Shown one piece after another: positions 41,242 through 52,024 of a stretch of DNA of 64,000 nt; within the stretch, counting starts at the first letter, position 1, and each line of letters begins with the position of its first letter. Source of the DNA: an uncultured Phycisphaerales bacterium (GTDB taxonomy: Bacteria; Planctomycetota; Phycisphaerae; Tepidisphaerales; Tepidisphaeraceae); assembly GCA_963758525.1 (NCBI GenBank), contig CAVWVQ010000003.1:3616001-3680000 (forward strand), read 5' to 3'. A program made the position numbers and the translations under genes. Below the pieces are notes generated by a model. It searched no databases. It saw only the letters and a program-made list of their open reading frames with translations, and was not told the origin of the DNA.

Positions 41242-41334
41242 ATGCGAAACTCAAGGACATCCGGCAGCATGATCGGCACGATCACGATATTCGGCTATCT
41301 GACGGTGTGCGGGATCGTTTACTTTCTGCGATGA
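41242..41334 (+). CDS. Candidate 30-aa single-TM microprotein
   Basis: MRNSRTSGSMIGTITIFGYLTVCGIVYFLR; purine-rich GAAAGG/GGAAG upstream. Confidence 0.35.
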   Translation: MRNSRTSGSMIGTITIFGYLTVCGIVYFLR

Positions 41335-41397
41335 AACAACCGACGCCGGCCGGGCGGGTTCGCCCTGGTCGGCGTTTACGAATCCTTCCCTCCCTGT

Positions 41398-41433
41398 GCC
41401 CCGAACGTCTTCCCCGCGTTCGGGGCTTTTTAA
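41398..41433 (+). terminator. Possible intrinsic terminator between convergent genes
   Basis: gccccgaacg..cgttcggggc followed by tttttt. Confidence 0.6.
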
Positions 41434-41440
41434 TGCGCGT

Positions 41441-42019
41441 TCAACTGAGGCGCAGCGTCTGAAGCAGACGCCAGTCGTACAGCGCGATGTATCCGCCGAA
41501 GGCGACGGCTAATGCGTTGGAAAGTTGGAACCCGCCGATGTCGTATGCCTTGACGATCGCAAAGACATTGAGCAGAACGCTAAGCACCGTGAGCACCAGG
41601 GTAAACCAGACCAGCGCGGCAAAGCGCGGCCGCAGCAGCACCAGCGCATCGAGGATCATGACGACGCCAAAGAAGGTCATGCCCATCTGAGGGAAGAAGA
41701 AAACCGATTGCTCGTAGCGGATCGAACCATTCGCATCGGTGATAGTGTAGAGCGAATAAAAGCTCTCGGGGTCGCCGTGCGCTTTGGCCATCAGGTATTG
41801 GCGAAACTGGGGAAACGTGAAAAGCACGATGATGCCGATGACAAGGCTCAGCCACGCCTCGGCGGGGACAAATCCGCCCGGCAGCGGCGACGCGTAATGC
41901 GGCACATCGCTGTGCGGCGGTGTGGCAAGCTCCTGCTGCGTTGGGTGATGCGGCACGTGCGGATGCCCTCCAGACGCCTGCTGCACCGGGGGATTCTGCG
42001 GCAACTTTGACTCATCCAT
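41441..42019 (-). CDS. Hypothetical multi-pass membrane protein
   Basis: Four hydrophobic segments; GAGGAA upstream. Confidence 0.7.
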   Translation of the reverse strand: MDESKLPQNPPVQQASGGHPHVPHHPTQQELATPPHSDVPHYASPLPGGFVPAEAWLSLVIGIIVLFTFPQFRQYLMAKAHGDPESFYSLYTITDANGSIRYEQSVFFFPQMGMTFFGVVMILDALVLLRPRFAALVWFTLVLTVLSVLLNVFAIVKAYDIGGFQLSNALAVAFGGYIALYDWRLLQTLRLS

Positions 42020-42091
42020 CTCGTTCCTCCGTTCCCTGACGACTCGGCCGGCCGCTTGACCAACCTCCGACTGGGAACAAAATGATAACAG

Positions 42092-43168
<1,077 letters not shown>

Positions 43169-43194
43169 GATCGAACGCGGGTGATTGGTGATTG

Positions 43195-43272
43195 GAACGT
43201 GACGAAGCGGGAAGCGTGGAAACGTGAAGACGTGAAGACGTGAAAACGTGAAAACGTGAAACGTGACGACGT
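43195..43272. repeat. 8-mer tandem repeat (GAARACGT)n
   Basis: ggaaacgt gaagacgt gaagacgt gaaaacgt gaaaacgt gaaacgt downstream of pheS. Confidence 0.85.
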
Positions 43273-43510
43273 TATGTGAAGCGCCAAGCTCGAGCGTCGC
43301 GGGTTCGCCGGTAGGGCACAGCGTTGCTTGCCCTTCGCGGGAAGAAGGAAAAATCTGACACCTCGCCCGCCGATCGGACGCGGAAATCACTATGCTCCAT
43401 AAGTCCATGTTAAATAGATTGTTATGTCGAGTGCCCTTTTGTCGCGATCGAGTCACCAATCACCCCGCGCCCCGCGAGCATTCGTAATGTATACTGCTGA
43501 AGCGAATGCA

Positions 43511-43527
43511 TTGAAACTGAGTCTCAA
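43511..43527. promoter_or_regulatory. Candidate Fur-family/iron-responsive operator upstream of feoA
   Basis: Near-perfect 8-1-8 palindrome TTGAAACT-G-AGTCTCAA about 80 bp before feoA. Confidence 0.5.
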
Positions 43528-43605
43528 CGCCGATAAGATTCGCAGATACAGAATAGTATGATGCCGACGGATCGGCAATGAAGGGCGAAACCAGGAGTCC
43601 TGGCC

Positions 43606-43884
43606 ATGCAGAAAAGTTGCGAATTTGCCGCGTGTAATCATTGCCAGACGCCGGAAACCTGCGCCCTGAACAAGCTCGGCATCGGGTGTCAGGGAACGGT
43701 GTTCGCCGTTGGAGGCGATTCGGAAATCCGCCGCCGGCTCCTGGAGATGGGGTTCTGCAACGGGGCCAACGTTCAGGTTATTCGCCGGGCGCCGCTGGGA
43801 GATCCAATTGAATTCCGCCTCCGCGGCTACCATCTGTCCCTTCGCGCCGATCAGGCGATGCACGTGAAGATTGTCCCGGCATAA
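43606..43884 (+). CDS. feoA: Ferrous iron transport protein A
   Basis: RRRLLEMGF..RRAPLGDPIEFRLRGYHLSLR. Confidence 0.93.
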   Translation: MQKSCEFAACNHCQTPETCALNKLGIGCQGTVFAVGGDSEIRRRLLEMGFCNGANVQVIRRAPLGDPIEFRLRGYHLSLRADQAMHVKIVPA

Positions 43885-43899
43885 GTTCGTTTCCCTCTC

Positions 43900-46161
43900 A
43901 TGCCATCCTGCTGCGAAACTGGGAACCAGAAACCGTCAAGCGCGGCAGCATTTACCGTTGCGCTTGCCGGCAATCCGAACAGCGGCAAGACCACCATCTT
44001 TAACGCCCTGACCGGGCTGCGCCAGAAAGTCGCCAACTATCCCGGCGTGACCGTCGAAAAGAAGACCGGCCGGTGCAAGCTTGCCGACGGCGCGCGGATC
44101 GACATTGTCGATCTGCCGGGAACCTACAGTCTGATCAGCCGATCACCCGACGAACAGGTCGCCAATCAGGTCTTGCGCGGGCTGCGCGCCGACGTACCGG
44201 CGCCGAATGTGGTGATCGTGGTGGTCGATGCGAGCAATCTGCAGCGCAATCTTTATCTTGTCAGCCAGTTGATCGAACTGGGCCGGCCCCTCGTCGTCGC
44301 CCTGAACATGATGGACATTGCCGAGCGCCGCGGGTTGCAGGTTTCGCCCGAAAAGCTTCAGCAGGAGCTGGGCGTGCCGGTGGTGCCGGTCGTCGGCTAC
44401 AAGAAGAAGGGGATCGACTCGCTCAAGAACGCCATTGCCAAAGCGGTCGTGGCGCCGCTTCCCGATTGGCCGGTGCCCGCGGCAATGCGGGAGGAAATCA
44501 CCCTCGTCGGCGGGGCGCTGGCAATTCTCGACAATGCCGAATACGTCACGCCGGCCGATCGTCTGCCTCCCGATCACTACCGCAATTGTGCCGAACGGCT
44601 GTTGATCGGTGATCGCGCCGAGGACATGAGCATCCTGGCCGGTCGCGAGCCGGTGGCGGCGCTGCTTTCCGCCGCAACCGATCGTCTGAAAGTGCTGGGC
44701 ATCGATCCGATGCAGTCGGATGTCGAAGCCCACTATCGCTGGATCGAAGGCGTTGCACACCGCGTTGTGACATCCGGGGACCCTCAAGCATCAACCGACA
44801 AAACGCTCCACTACGCAACGCCGCAGGATCGGACCCTCACGGAAAAAATTGACGCGATTCTGATTCACCGCGTCTGGGGGCTTCTTGTCTTCGCGCTGGT
44901 GATGACCGCGCTGTTTGTCTCAATCTTCTGGCTCGCGACCCCGCTGATGAACGGCATTCAGTCAGCCGTCAATTGGCTCGCCGACAAAGTCACCGCGCCC
45001 ATCGGCGCCGGCCCGCTGCACGACCTGATCAAAGACGGCATCTTCGGTGGGGTCGGCACCGTCATCGTCTTTGTCCCCCAAATCGCGCTGCTCTTCTTCT
45101 TCCTGGCGATCCTCGAAGATTCCGGCTACCTCGCCCGGGCCGCGTTCCTCATGGACCGCCTGCTCGCAAAAGTCGGACTGCACGGCAAAAGTTTCATCCC
45201 GCTGCTGAGCAGCTTCGCCTGCGCCATTCCCGGCATCATGGCCGCCCGCACCATCGAGAGCCGCAAGGATCGGCTGGCGACGATTTTCGTCGCGCCGTTC
45301 ATGAGCTGCAGCGCCAGGCTCCCCGTCTACACGCTCCTCATCGGCACGGTATTCGCGAGCTTCGGGCCGTTTCGTCAGGCCGGCGTGATGCTGGCGTGTT
45401 ATGCGCTTGGCATTCTCGCCGCGGTCGCAACGGCGTACGTTTTTCGTCGTTCGTTGCTCAAGGGCGGAACGACTAGCTTCATCCTCGAACTGCCAAGCTA
45501 CAAGGTGCCGCAAGCGATGGAGGTTGCCCGGCAGGTGTGGAAGAATTCGGCGCAGTTTCTCACCAAAGCGGGCACGACGATTCTGGCGATCAGCATTTTG
45601 CTGTGGGCAGTAGGCTACTATCCGAGGCTGCCAGCACAGCGGGCCGAGGCAGTTCGGCAGGCAGTGATCTCGCCCAGAGGTGAAGGCGCTGACTCCAATA
45701 TCGACGAAGTTGCAACCGACGCCGTCGCCGCCGCGCAGTCTGAATACAGCATCGCCGGCCGGCTCGGCCATGCGATGGAGCCGCTGATCAAACCGCTCGG
45801 CTTTGATTGGAAGATGGGCGTCGGCCTCGTCAGCGCCTTCGCGGCTCGCGAAACTTTCGTCAGTTCGATGGGCATCACCTACGCCGCCGGCGACACCGAA
45901 GACGGCAAAACCGCCGATCTCTCCGCCGCCATGCAGAGGGATCATTACGCCAACGGCAAACCGGTCTGGACCCCGCTGGTTGCCGTCAGTCTGCTCGCCT
46001 GGTTTGTGCTGGCGATGCAGTGCATGAGCACGATCGCGATCGTCCGCCGCGAAACCAATGGCTGGAAATGGCCGATCTTCATGCTGGTCTACATGAACGC
46101 GCTGGCGTATGTCGTGAGCCTTGGGATTTACCAGCTCGGCTCGTTGATTTTTCGAGCCTGA
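43900..46161 (+). CDS. feoB: Ferrous iron transport protein B
   Basis: GNPNSGKTT, NYPGVTVE, DLPGTYSL, LEDSGYLARAA, MSCSARLP. Confidence 0.96.
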   Translation: MPSCCETGNQKPSSAAAFTVALAGNPNSGKTTIFNALTGLRQKVANYPGVTVEKKTGRCKLADGARIDIVDLPGTYSLISRSPDEQVANQVLRGLRADVPAPNVVIVVVDASNLQRNLYLVSQLIELGRPLVVALNMMDIAERRGLQVSPEKLQQELGVPVVPVVGYKKKGIDSLKNAIAKAVVAPLPDWPVPAAMREEITLVGGALAILDNAEYVTPADRLPPDHYRNCAERLLIGDRAEDMSILAGREPVAALLSAATDRLKVLGIDPMQSDVEAHYRWIEGVAHRVVTSGDPQASTDKTLHYATPQDRTLTEKIDAILIHRVWGLLVFALVMTALFVSIFWLATPLMNGIQSAVNWLADKVTAPIGAGPLHDLIKDGIFGGVGTVIVFVPQIALLFFFLAILEDSGYLARAAFLMDRLLAKVGLHGKSFIPLLSSFACAIPGIMAARTIESRKDRLATIFVAPFMSCSARLPVYTLLIGTVFASFGPFRQAGVMLACYALGILAAVATAYVFRRSLLKGGTTSFILELPSYKVPQAMEVARQVWKNSAQFLTKAGTTILAISILLWAVGYYPRLPAQRAEAVRQAVISPRGEGADSNIDEVATDAVAAAQSEYSIAGRLGHAMEPLIKPLGFDWKMGVGLVSAFAARETFVSSMGITYAAGDTEDGKTADLSAAMQRDHYANGKPVWTPLVAVSLLAWFVLAMQCMSTIAIVRRETNGWKWPIFMLVYMNALAYVVSLGIYQLGSLIFRA

Positions 46162-46183
46162 CGTCGTTTTCGGCGGTATTATC

Positions 46184-46253
46184 TGTAGGGCGGGATTCAT
46201 CCCGCCGTGGTTTCTGAATAGGTAGAGATGCGGCGGGATGAATCCCGCCCTAC
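46184..46253. repeat. GTAG-family REPIN (family A)
   Basis: tgtagggcgggattcatcccgccg ... cggcgggatgaatcccgccctaca. Confidence 0.9.
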
Positions 46254-46275
46254 AGACCGTTGACGTGGATTTGGT

Positions 46276-46875
46276 ATGACGCTGATACTCAACAACCCGG
46301 ACAAGCCGCATCTGAAGCGATGGACGAAGCGGGAGTATTTCGAGGCGGTCGACCGGGGTGCGTTTCACCAGCAGCGAATTTTCCTTTATCGAGGGGAGCT
46401 GATCGAAATGCCGCCAATGGGGGCGCTTCACGCATTTGGAATCGCAAATCTGACGGAGTGGCTGTCGCGAACCTTTGCTCCTGAGTACCGCATCAGAATT
46501 CAATTACCGTTTGAGACACCGGGAGAATCCGTCCCCGAGCCGGATGGCGCTATCGTGACGCGTGAGCAGATGCGCCGCCGTCCGCATCCTGACAAGGCGC
46601 TGTTCCTCATCGAAGTTGCCGACAGCTCGCTGGAACTCGAGAGAGAACAAGCCCTTGAGTACGCAGCCGCCCGGGTTCCGGAATATTGGATTGTGAACAT
46701 GCGGGATCGGAGCGTGGAGGTTTACCGCGAGCCGGTCGATGATGCGACGGCGGCGCTGGGAGCTCGTTACGCTTCACACCAGTTCTTTGCAGACGGCCAA
46801 GTGATTTCGCCGCTGCAAAAACCCGAAGCAATTGTCACCGTCGCATCGTTGGTTGCGGTCGATGAACCGGCTTGA
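46276..46875 (+). CDS. Uma2 family putative endonuclease
   Basis: GELIEMPPMGALH, VPEPDGAIV, IEVADSSL, YAAARVPEYWIVN. Confidence 0.9.
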   Translation: MTLILNNPDKPHLKRWTKREYFEAVDRGAFHQQRIFLYRGELIEMPPMGALHAFGIANLTEWLSRTFAPEYRIRIQLPFETPGESVPEPDGAIVTREQMRRRPHPDKALFLIEVADSSLELEREQALEYAAARVPEYWIVNMRDRSVEVYREPVDDATAALGARYASHQFFADGQVISPLQKPEAIVTVASLVAVDEPA

Positions 46876-46876
46876 A

Positions 46877-46937
46877 GTACCACGGGTTTCCAACCCGTGT
46901 CTTGAATTGGGAAACACGGGTTGGAAACCCGTGATAC
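46877..46937. repeat. REPIN-like element, family C
   Basis: gtaccacgggtttccaacccgtgt ... acacgggttggaaacccgtgatac. Confidence 0.9.
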
Positions 46938-46939
46938 GA

Positions 46940-47149
46940 ATGCCGCCGCTCCTGCAACATCTTCTGGTACTTCTGCTCGTCGGCTTGAGTGCCGTATTCG
47001 TCCTTCGCCAGGGCTTTCTTTCGCTGCGTGGCCGCAAGAGCAAGCTCGGTTCCTGCGGAAGCTGCGGCGGCTGCGCCACGCCTTCGACGGTTCCAAAGAA
47101 AGTTCCGCTCCAATTCTTGCCGGTGGAAGCGCTGTTGAAAAAGAAATAA
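46940..47149 (+). CDS. FeoB-associated Cys-rich membrane protein
   Basis: N-terminal TM followed by SCGSCGGC; near feoB. Confidence 0.75.
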   Translation: MPPLLQHLLVLLLVGLSAVFVLRQGFLSLRGRKSKLGSCGSCGGCATPSTVPKKVPLQFLPVEALLKKK

Positions 47150-47396
47150 GGATCGCGCAGATTGTAAATCGCGAATCTCAATCGCGCAGGCGGAGCTCCC
47201 AAGTCAAGTTGGATCAGACTCGCCGAACCGTGCCCGCCCTGGCTTGCCCTTCGCGGAGCGCCACCACGTCCCGATTACCTGAGCTGGTAGAAGTCACATC
47301 GCCGCGCCCGGTCTTACTCCCACACTCCCTTCGCGTTTGCCCTCCCGAGCCAACCTCGAACCATCTCCGCTGCATCCCTCTTCGCCGCTCTTCTCT

Positions 47397-49499
47397 TCAT
47401 CTCCTGATCTCATAAACCACCGCGGTGTCGTCGCTGTATCGCGGCACGAAATGAGCCGGATCGGTAGCGGCAAAACGCAGTTCCACCGGATTCTCGACCA
47501 TCTCGTGACGAAACACGACGAGGTATTGAGCCTGCATCGCGGCAAGATTGTCCAGCCAGGTTTGCCGGTCGGGGTCTTCGGTCATGATGCGGGTCATCGT
47601 CTGCACAATCAGATCGCCCGGCACGTCGTCCCCCATGCGGGGGAAATGCAGGAATGAATGCAGGCCCCGGCGAGTGGGAGCATAGGCGACGTCGCGCGCG
47701 TAATTGAAGCCATACAGCGGGTAGTCGAACTGCGTATTGGCAAAGGCGATATTCGCGTCGGCGGGAACCTGCGTTTCATCGCGAACAAAGCCCCACACCG
47801 ACGCGCCGTCATATCCCATCGACCACAACTCGGCGGCGGCGGCGCGATAGTTTTTCAGGTAGCCCAGCCAGAACAGGTAGATCATGGTTGCGCCCAGCAA
47901 CAATGCGCAAAGGAACGCCGGCAAAACAAGGCGCGGCCGATAGTGCAGCAGAAACAGCAGCCCCAGGCCCGTCGCGCTGATAAGGGCGGCGGTGCCCGCC
48001 AGGACCACGATCTCCTGCAGGAGGGCGTGATTGAAACTGGTGGCGATGGAGATTCCCGCCAGCAGCAATCCGGCGGCGAGGCGCGCCGCTGCGCCGGGGA
48101 GCCAGCGCGTGATCGCAAGAGTCGCGCTGTCGAACCACAGGGCGATCAGCGGAAACAGATATCGGACTTCATGATGCGGCGAAGCGAGAAAGAAGAGCAG
48201 CAATACCGCCATCGATCCGGGCAGCGCGGCGCGGCGCATTGGATTGACCAGGACCGAGCGGCCGGCGGCGGCGCAGGCTGCGATCCATGCCAGCGCAAGC
48301 GGCGCGAGCAGGACGGCTGGCAGGCTGTGATACGTTGTGGCGAGCATGCGCCATGCGCCGCCGGCGCTGCGGAGTTGTTGATCGCGCTCGGTTCCGAACA
48401 GGCCGGTGAACAGGCGCATCCCGAACAGTTTGACATCGGCTGGAAAGAGCGGATCGCCCGTTAGCAGAAGATTGCGGAGGTACCACGGCCCTGCCAGCGC
48501 CAGGGCGGTCAGGGACGCGATGATGAAGTCCCGCCGCTTCCATCCGGCTCGGAAGGGGGCGTCGATCAGGAACAGGAACAGCGGGCAGACCAGCAGCACC
48601 GTGTATTTGCTGGCCAGCATCAAGCCGACCGCGATTCCCACCCGCCACGGGCCCAGGCGATCCCGCAGACTCCTGCGATCAAATGCGGCAACAGCGGTGA
48701 GAAACAGTGCAGTGACGATCAGATCGTCCTTGGCGATCAACGCCTCGCTGAAGAGCGGCCGGGAAAGAACCGCCGCGCACGCGACCAGCGCAGCCACCGC
48801 CTGCGTTCGCGGGAGACGCTCAACCGTCCCCTCAGTCTGTTGATCGAGCATTCGAGATTCGCCCAGATTCTGCCCCTCGCGCGCCGTCGTTCCCGAAAAG
48901 CCCCTGTACACCAGGACAAAGATCCAGAGCAACGCCGGCGCCTGTGCGAATCGAGCCAGCATGTCGTTGCGCAGAGGCTCCATCAACCAGAAGAACCAGG
49001 TGGCGGGGGCCTGCGGCGCATAGCTGTTGGCAGGGTTCCAGTACCAGGTTGGGAAGATGGCCATCGTGTGCCGGCGCATCCAGAACACCGGGGTGGAGAG
49101 CTGATACACCAGGGCATCGGTTGCCATGGGAGGAAGCCAGCGCTGCTCCCAGAGATATGCCAGCAGATATCCCCCCGTGAACAGTGCCGCCGCCAGCGCG
49201 ATCCAATGATCGGCCGTCCATCGCGCCGCAATCAGCCGAGGATTCCCGCGGCGCAAGGTGAGAAGACCTCCGCACAGTGCCATTGCCGTAATGGACATGG
49301 TCGCAAGATTCAGACAATGCAGAATCGCCGGACCGGCGACGGCGAGATAAATAATCAGCGCGAAGAGGAGAATCGCGTCACAGATCGCCTGACCGGGCGA
49401 TCCGTCACAAACGCTCCGCGCGAATCGATACGCAGAAGCGAAAACGAAGGCGCTGAGCAGCAGGCAAAGCAGGAGTCGCGCTTCTTCGGGGAAGGGCAT
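47397..49499 (-). CDS. Polytopic membrane protein, GT-C/ArnT-like glycosyltransferase candidate
   Basis: More than 12 TM segments, DALVYQL, KDDL, SKYT, PWYLRNLLLTGDPLFP. Confidence 0.65.
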   Translation of the reverse strand: MPFPEEARLLLCLLLSAFVFASAYRFARSVCDGSPGQAICDAILLFALIIYLAVAGPAILHCLNLATMSITAMALCGGLLTLRRGNPRLIAARWTADHWIALAAALFTGGYLLAYLWEQRWLPPMATDALVYQLSTPVFWMRRHTMAIFPTWYWNPANSYAPQAPATWFFWLMEPLRNDMLARFAQAPALLWIFVLVYRGFSGTTAREGQNLGESRMLDQQTEGTVERLPRTQAVAALVACAAVLSRPLFSEALIAKDDLIVTALFLTAVAAFDRRSLRDRLGPWRVGIAVGLMLASKYTVLLVCPLFLFLIDAPFRAGWKRRDFIIASLTALALAGPWYLRNLLLTGDPLFPADVKLFGMRLFTGLFGTERDQQLRSAGGAWRMLATTYHSLPAVLLAPLALAWIAACAAAGRSVLVNPMRRAALPGSMAVLLLFFLASPHHEVRYLFPLIALWFDSATLAITRWLPGAAARLAAGLLLAGISIATSFNHALLQEIVVLAGTAALISATGLGLLFLLHYRPRLVLPAFLCALLLGATMIYLFWLGYLKNYRAAAAELWSMGYDGASVWGFVRDETQVPADANIAFANTQFDYPLYGFNYARDVAYAPTRRGLHSFLHFPRMGDDVPGDLIVQTMTRIMTEDPDRQTWLDNLAAMQAQYLVVFRHEMVENPVELRFAATDPAHFVPRYSDDTAVVYEIRR

Positions 49500-49799
49500 A
49501 TGGAGACGGTCCGAGCGGCCTGGAGACGCGCAATTTCGATCGGCACTTTCCGAACGCGTAACGTTGTACCGCAAAGGGTTTAGCAACGCGCGGTTGAGCC
49601 CGGGCAAAGTCGTTCGCGAAGCGGATGGGCGCTTCCGCGCTGGGCTGCGGCGCGCAGCGCGTGCAAATCCTGCCCGTCCGATAGGCCGCGCCGGGGCAAC
49701 TCGGACGTGTGAATTAACTAATAATGGCGAGATTATGCTTGCCTGAGGCCGAACCGATTTCCACAATAGATGCCGTTCACCCCACCCACGGAGGTCGTG

Positions 49800-50258
49800 A
49801 TGAGATTTCAAGCGTTTCTTGATGAAGCCGGAGTGCCGTATCGGCTTTCGCATCACGCGACGGCCTACACCGCCCAGGATCTTGCCGCCATGGAGCATGT
49901 GCCGGGCAGGAGAGTGATCAAAGCGGTTGTCGTGTGCGCAGACGGAGAATTTGTTTTGTGCGCGCTCCCCGCATCGTTTCGGATTGATCTGAAGGAGCTG
50001 CGCGATCAATTGCAGGCGCACGATGTGCGTCTGGTCGACGAATCGAAGCTGGCTGATTTATTCCCTGATTGCGAGCTGGGCGCGGAGCCGCCGGTGGGAA
50101 ATCTCTACGGCCTGACGACGCTGATGGACGAATCCCTGATCGCTGACGATCGAGTCACCTTCGCCGCCGGCTCGCACGATGCCGCCGTAACGATGCGGCT
50201 CTCCGACTATCGCCGGCTCGCACAGCCCGAAGTTGCGCATTTCGGAAGACATTTGTAA
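49800..50258 (+). CDS. YbaK/EbsC/ProX family aminoacyl-tRNA deacylase-like protein
   Basis: HATAYTAQ, KAVVV, FPDCELGAEPPVG, AGSH; GGAGG upstream. Confidence 0.85.
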   Translation: MRFQAFLDEAGVPYRLSHHATAYTAQDLAAMEHVPGRRVIKAVVVCADGEFVLCALPASFRIDLKELRDQLQAHDVRLVDESKLADLFPDCELGAEPPVGNLYGLTTLMDESLIADDRVTFAAGSHDAAVTMRLSDYRRLAQPEVAHFGRHL

Positions 50259-50405
50259 GCCGCGACATCGGCCGAAGCGATCGCAGCAGGGATCTTTCGC
50301 GCCAATCCCGGCTCTTCCTCTTGCGGCTTGCCGCGCTGGAAATCCGCAGTTCTCTTTGACTCGTCTGGGTAGCCGCGCCGCGAAGCGCGTCCGGTGAACG
50401 CATCC

Positions 50406-51275
50406 TTACAGTGGTGCCGCTCGCGCCAACTCAATCTCCACCACCTCCGACGGGCAGAAGAGGCGCAGGCCGAGCCTGGAGAATCCCATCCCGCGGTTGG
50501 CGACCAGCCACGTGTTCCCCACGCGATGAATTCCCTTTGCCAGCCGGCGCGGAAGCGACGTGTGTTTTAAAACGGGGATCATCCCCGGCAGGCAGATCTG
50601 CCCGCCATGGGTATGGCCCGCCAGAAACAAATCCGGCTCGGCTTTAGGGGTTCGGTAGAGGTAGTCGGAGTAGTGAGAAAGAATGACACGCGGGACGCCC
50701 GGAGTCTTTGGAGGCAGGGCGTCGATGAAAGGCTGATCAGGCCCGATATTTCTCCCCAGCCGGGGAAGTCCGATCAACTCGATCTGCCCTCTATCCACCT
50801 CCAGCAGGAGACGCTGACGATCGATCAGCTTGATGTTGTGCCCGTCGATTTGCGGCCCGACCGCTCCGTCGTGGTTGCCCAGCACCCCAAAACAGCCGTC
50901 GCGGTAGGTGAAACCGCGCAGTAGCCGGCGGACATGCTCGAGGCTCGGCGTGTAATCGTGTTTGTTCTCAACATAGTCCCCGCCGACCAGAAGCAGCCCA
51001 GGCGGGTTCTTGGCGATGCGCTCGTGCAGTTGTTCATAGACCCGCGACCATTTGCCGCGGAAGTGAAAGTCGCTCACGTGAAGGATCCGGTATCCGACCA
51101 AGCCCTCCGCCAAACCGGTAATCGGGAGCGTGACTCGATGCCATTCAAAGCCGAATGGCTGGTTGAATTGAATCCAAGGGCCGCTGCCTGGCGCGGAGAT
51201 AGGGGGGAGCTCGCCAAGCGAAGCACTGTCCGATAAAGGCGCGGGGTGGTCAGTGGAGTTGCGAACATCAACCAT
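50406..51275 (-). CDS. Metallophosphoesterase (YkuE-like)
   Basis: SDFH, GGDY, LGNHD, LSH, AGHTHGGQI. Confidence 0.88.
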   Translation of the reverse strand: MVDVRNSTDHPAPLSDSASLGELPPISAPGSGPWIQFNQPFGFEWHRVTLPITGLAEGLVGYRILHVSDFHFRGKWSRVYEQLHERIAKNPPGLLLVGGDYVENKHDYTPSLEHVRRLLRGFTYRDGCFGVLGNHDGAVGPQIDGHNIKLIDRQRLLLEVDRGQIELIGLPRLGRNIGPDQPFIDALPPKTPGVPRVILSHYSDYLYRTPKAEPDLFLAGHTHGGQICLPGMIPVLKHTSLPRRLAKGIHRVGNTWLVANRGMGFSRLGLRLFCPSEVVEIELARAAPL

Positions 51276-51511
51276 TGTTGCAGCGCCCGGCGGCCGTCGT
51301 ATAATAACGAGTGCGTTGTTCCTAGCTAGCGACCCGGCGCGAGTTGTAGCGTTCTTAATGAAGGCGCACGGGCGTGCGGATTTGCGGAAGTGATCGTGCC
51401 CTCCGGTCAGCACCCACAAGCAGTGTCGTGAATCGCGTATTCGCTTGAGGGCATTTAGGAACGGCGTGTTTGTGGCCGCAGCAATTGCCCGCCACCAAGG
51501 CCTTTTCACCA

Positions 51512-51955
51512 ATGAATCTTCCCAAGCGTGATCGAACGCTGGTCTTCGGGTTGTACATCAACGCCGCGGTGATGTCGGCGATCCTGGTGGTTCTGCTGGG
51601 TCGCGGCAACAGCACCAGCATGCTTCCCGCGGCTTTTGCCGCCGGTCCCACGCAGCCTATCGCGGGCGGTGGCTCAATTTACCTCATGCCCGGACAACTT
51701 TCCGTGAATTCATGGGGTTGTTACATCATGGATATCGATGCCCAAACGCTGTGCGCCTACCAGTTTTATCCCGGTGAAAAACAGTTACGGCTGGTGGCTG
51801 CCCGGAATTTTCACTGGGATCGCAAGCTGGGCAATTACAATACGACCCCGCCCTGGCCCGACGTGAAAGCGCTGACGGAGAAGGAGCAGCAGGGAATCCG
51901 GGCGAACGAAGACAAGCCCCCGCAAGGCTCGCCGGAAGCGCCCAAGGATCAGTGA
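51512..51955 (+). CDS. Hypothetical protein with an N-terminal TM
   Basis: TM segment followed by YIMDIDAQTLCAY..LVAARNFHWD. Confidence 0.65.
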   Translation: MNLPKRDRTLVFGLYINAAVMSAILVVLLGRGNSTSMLPAAFAAGPTQPIAGGGSIYLMPGQLSVNSWGCYIMDIDAQTLCAYQFYPGEKQLRLVAARNFHWDRKLGNYNTTPPWPDVKALTEKEQQGIRANEDKPPQGSPEAPKDQ

Positions 51956-52024
51956 GGGAGCAATACACGCTCGAACTCGATCAGCGACAGTGCGAACGCC
52001 CGACATTCTTCAGGAGAGACACCC

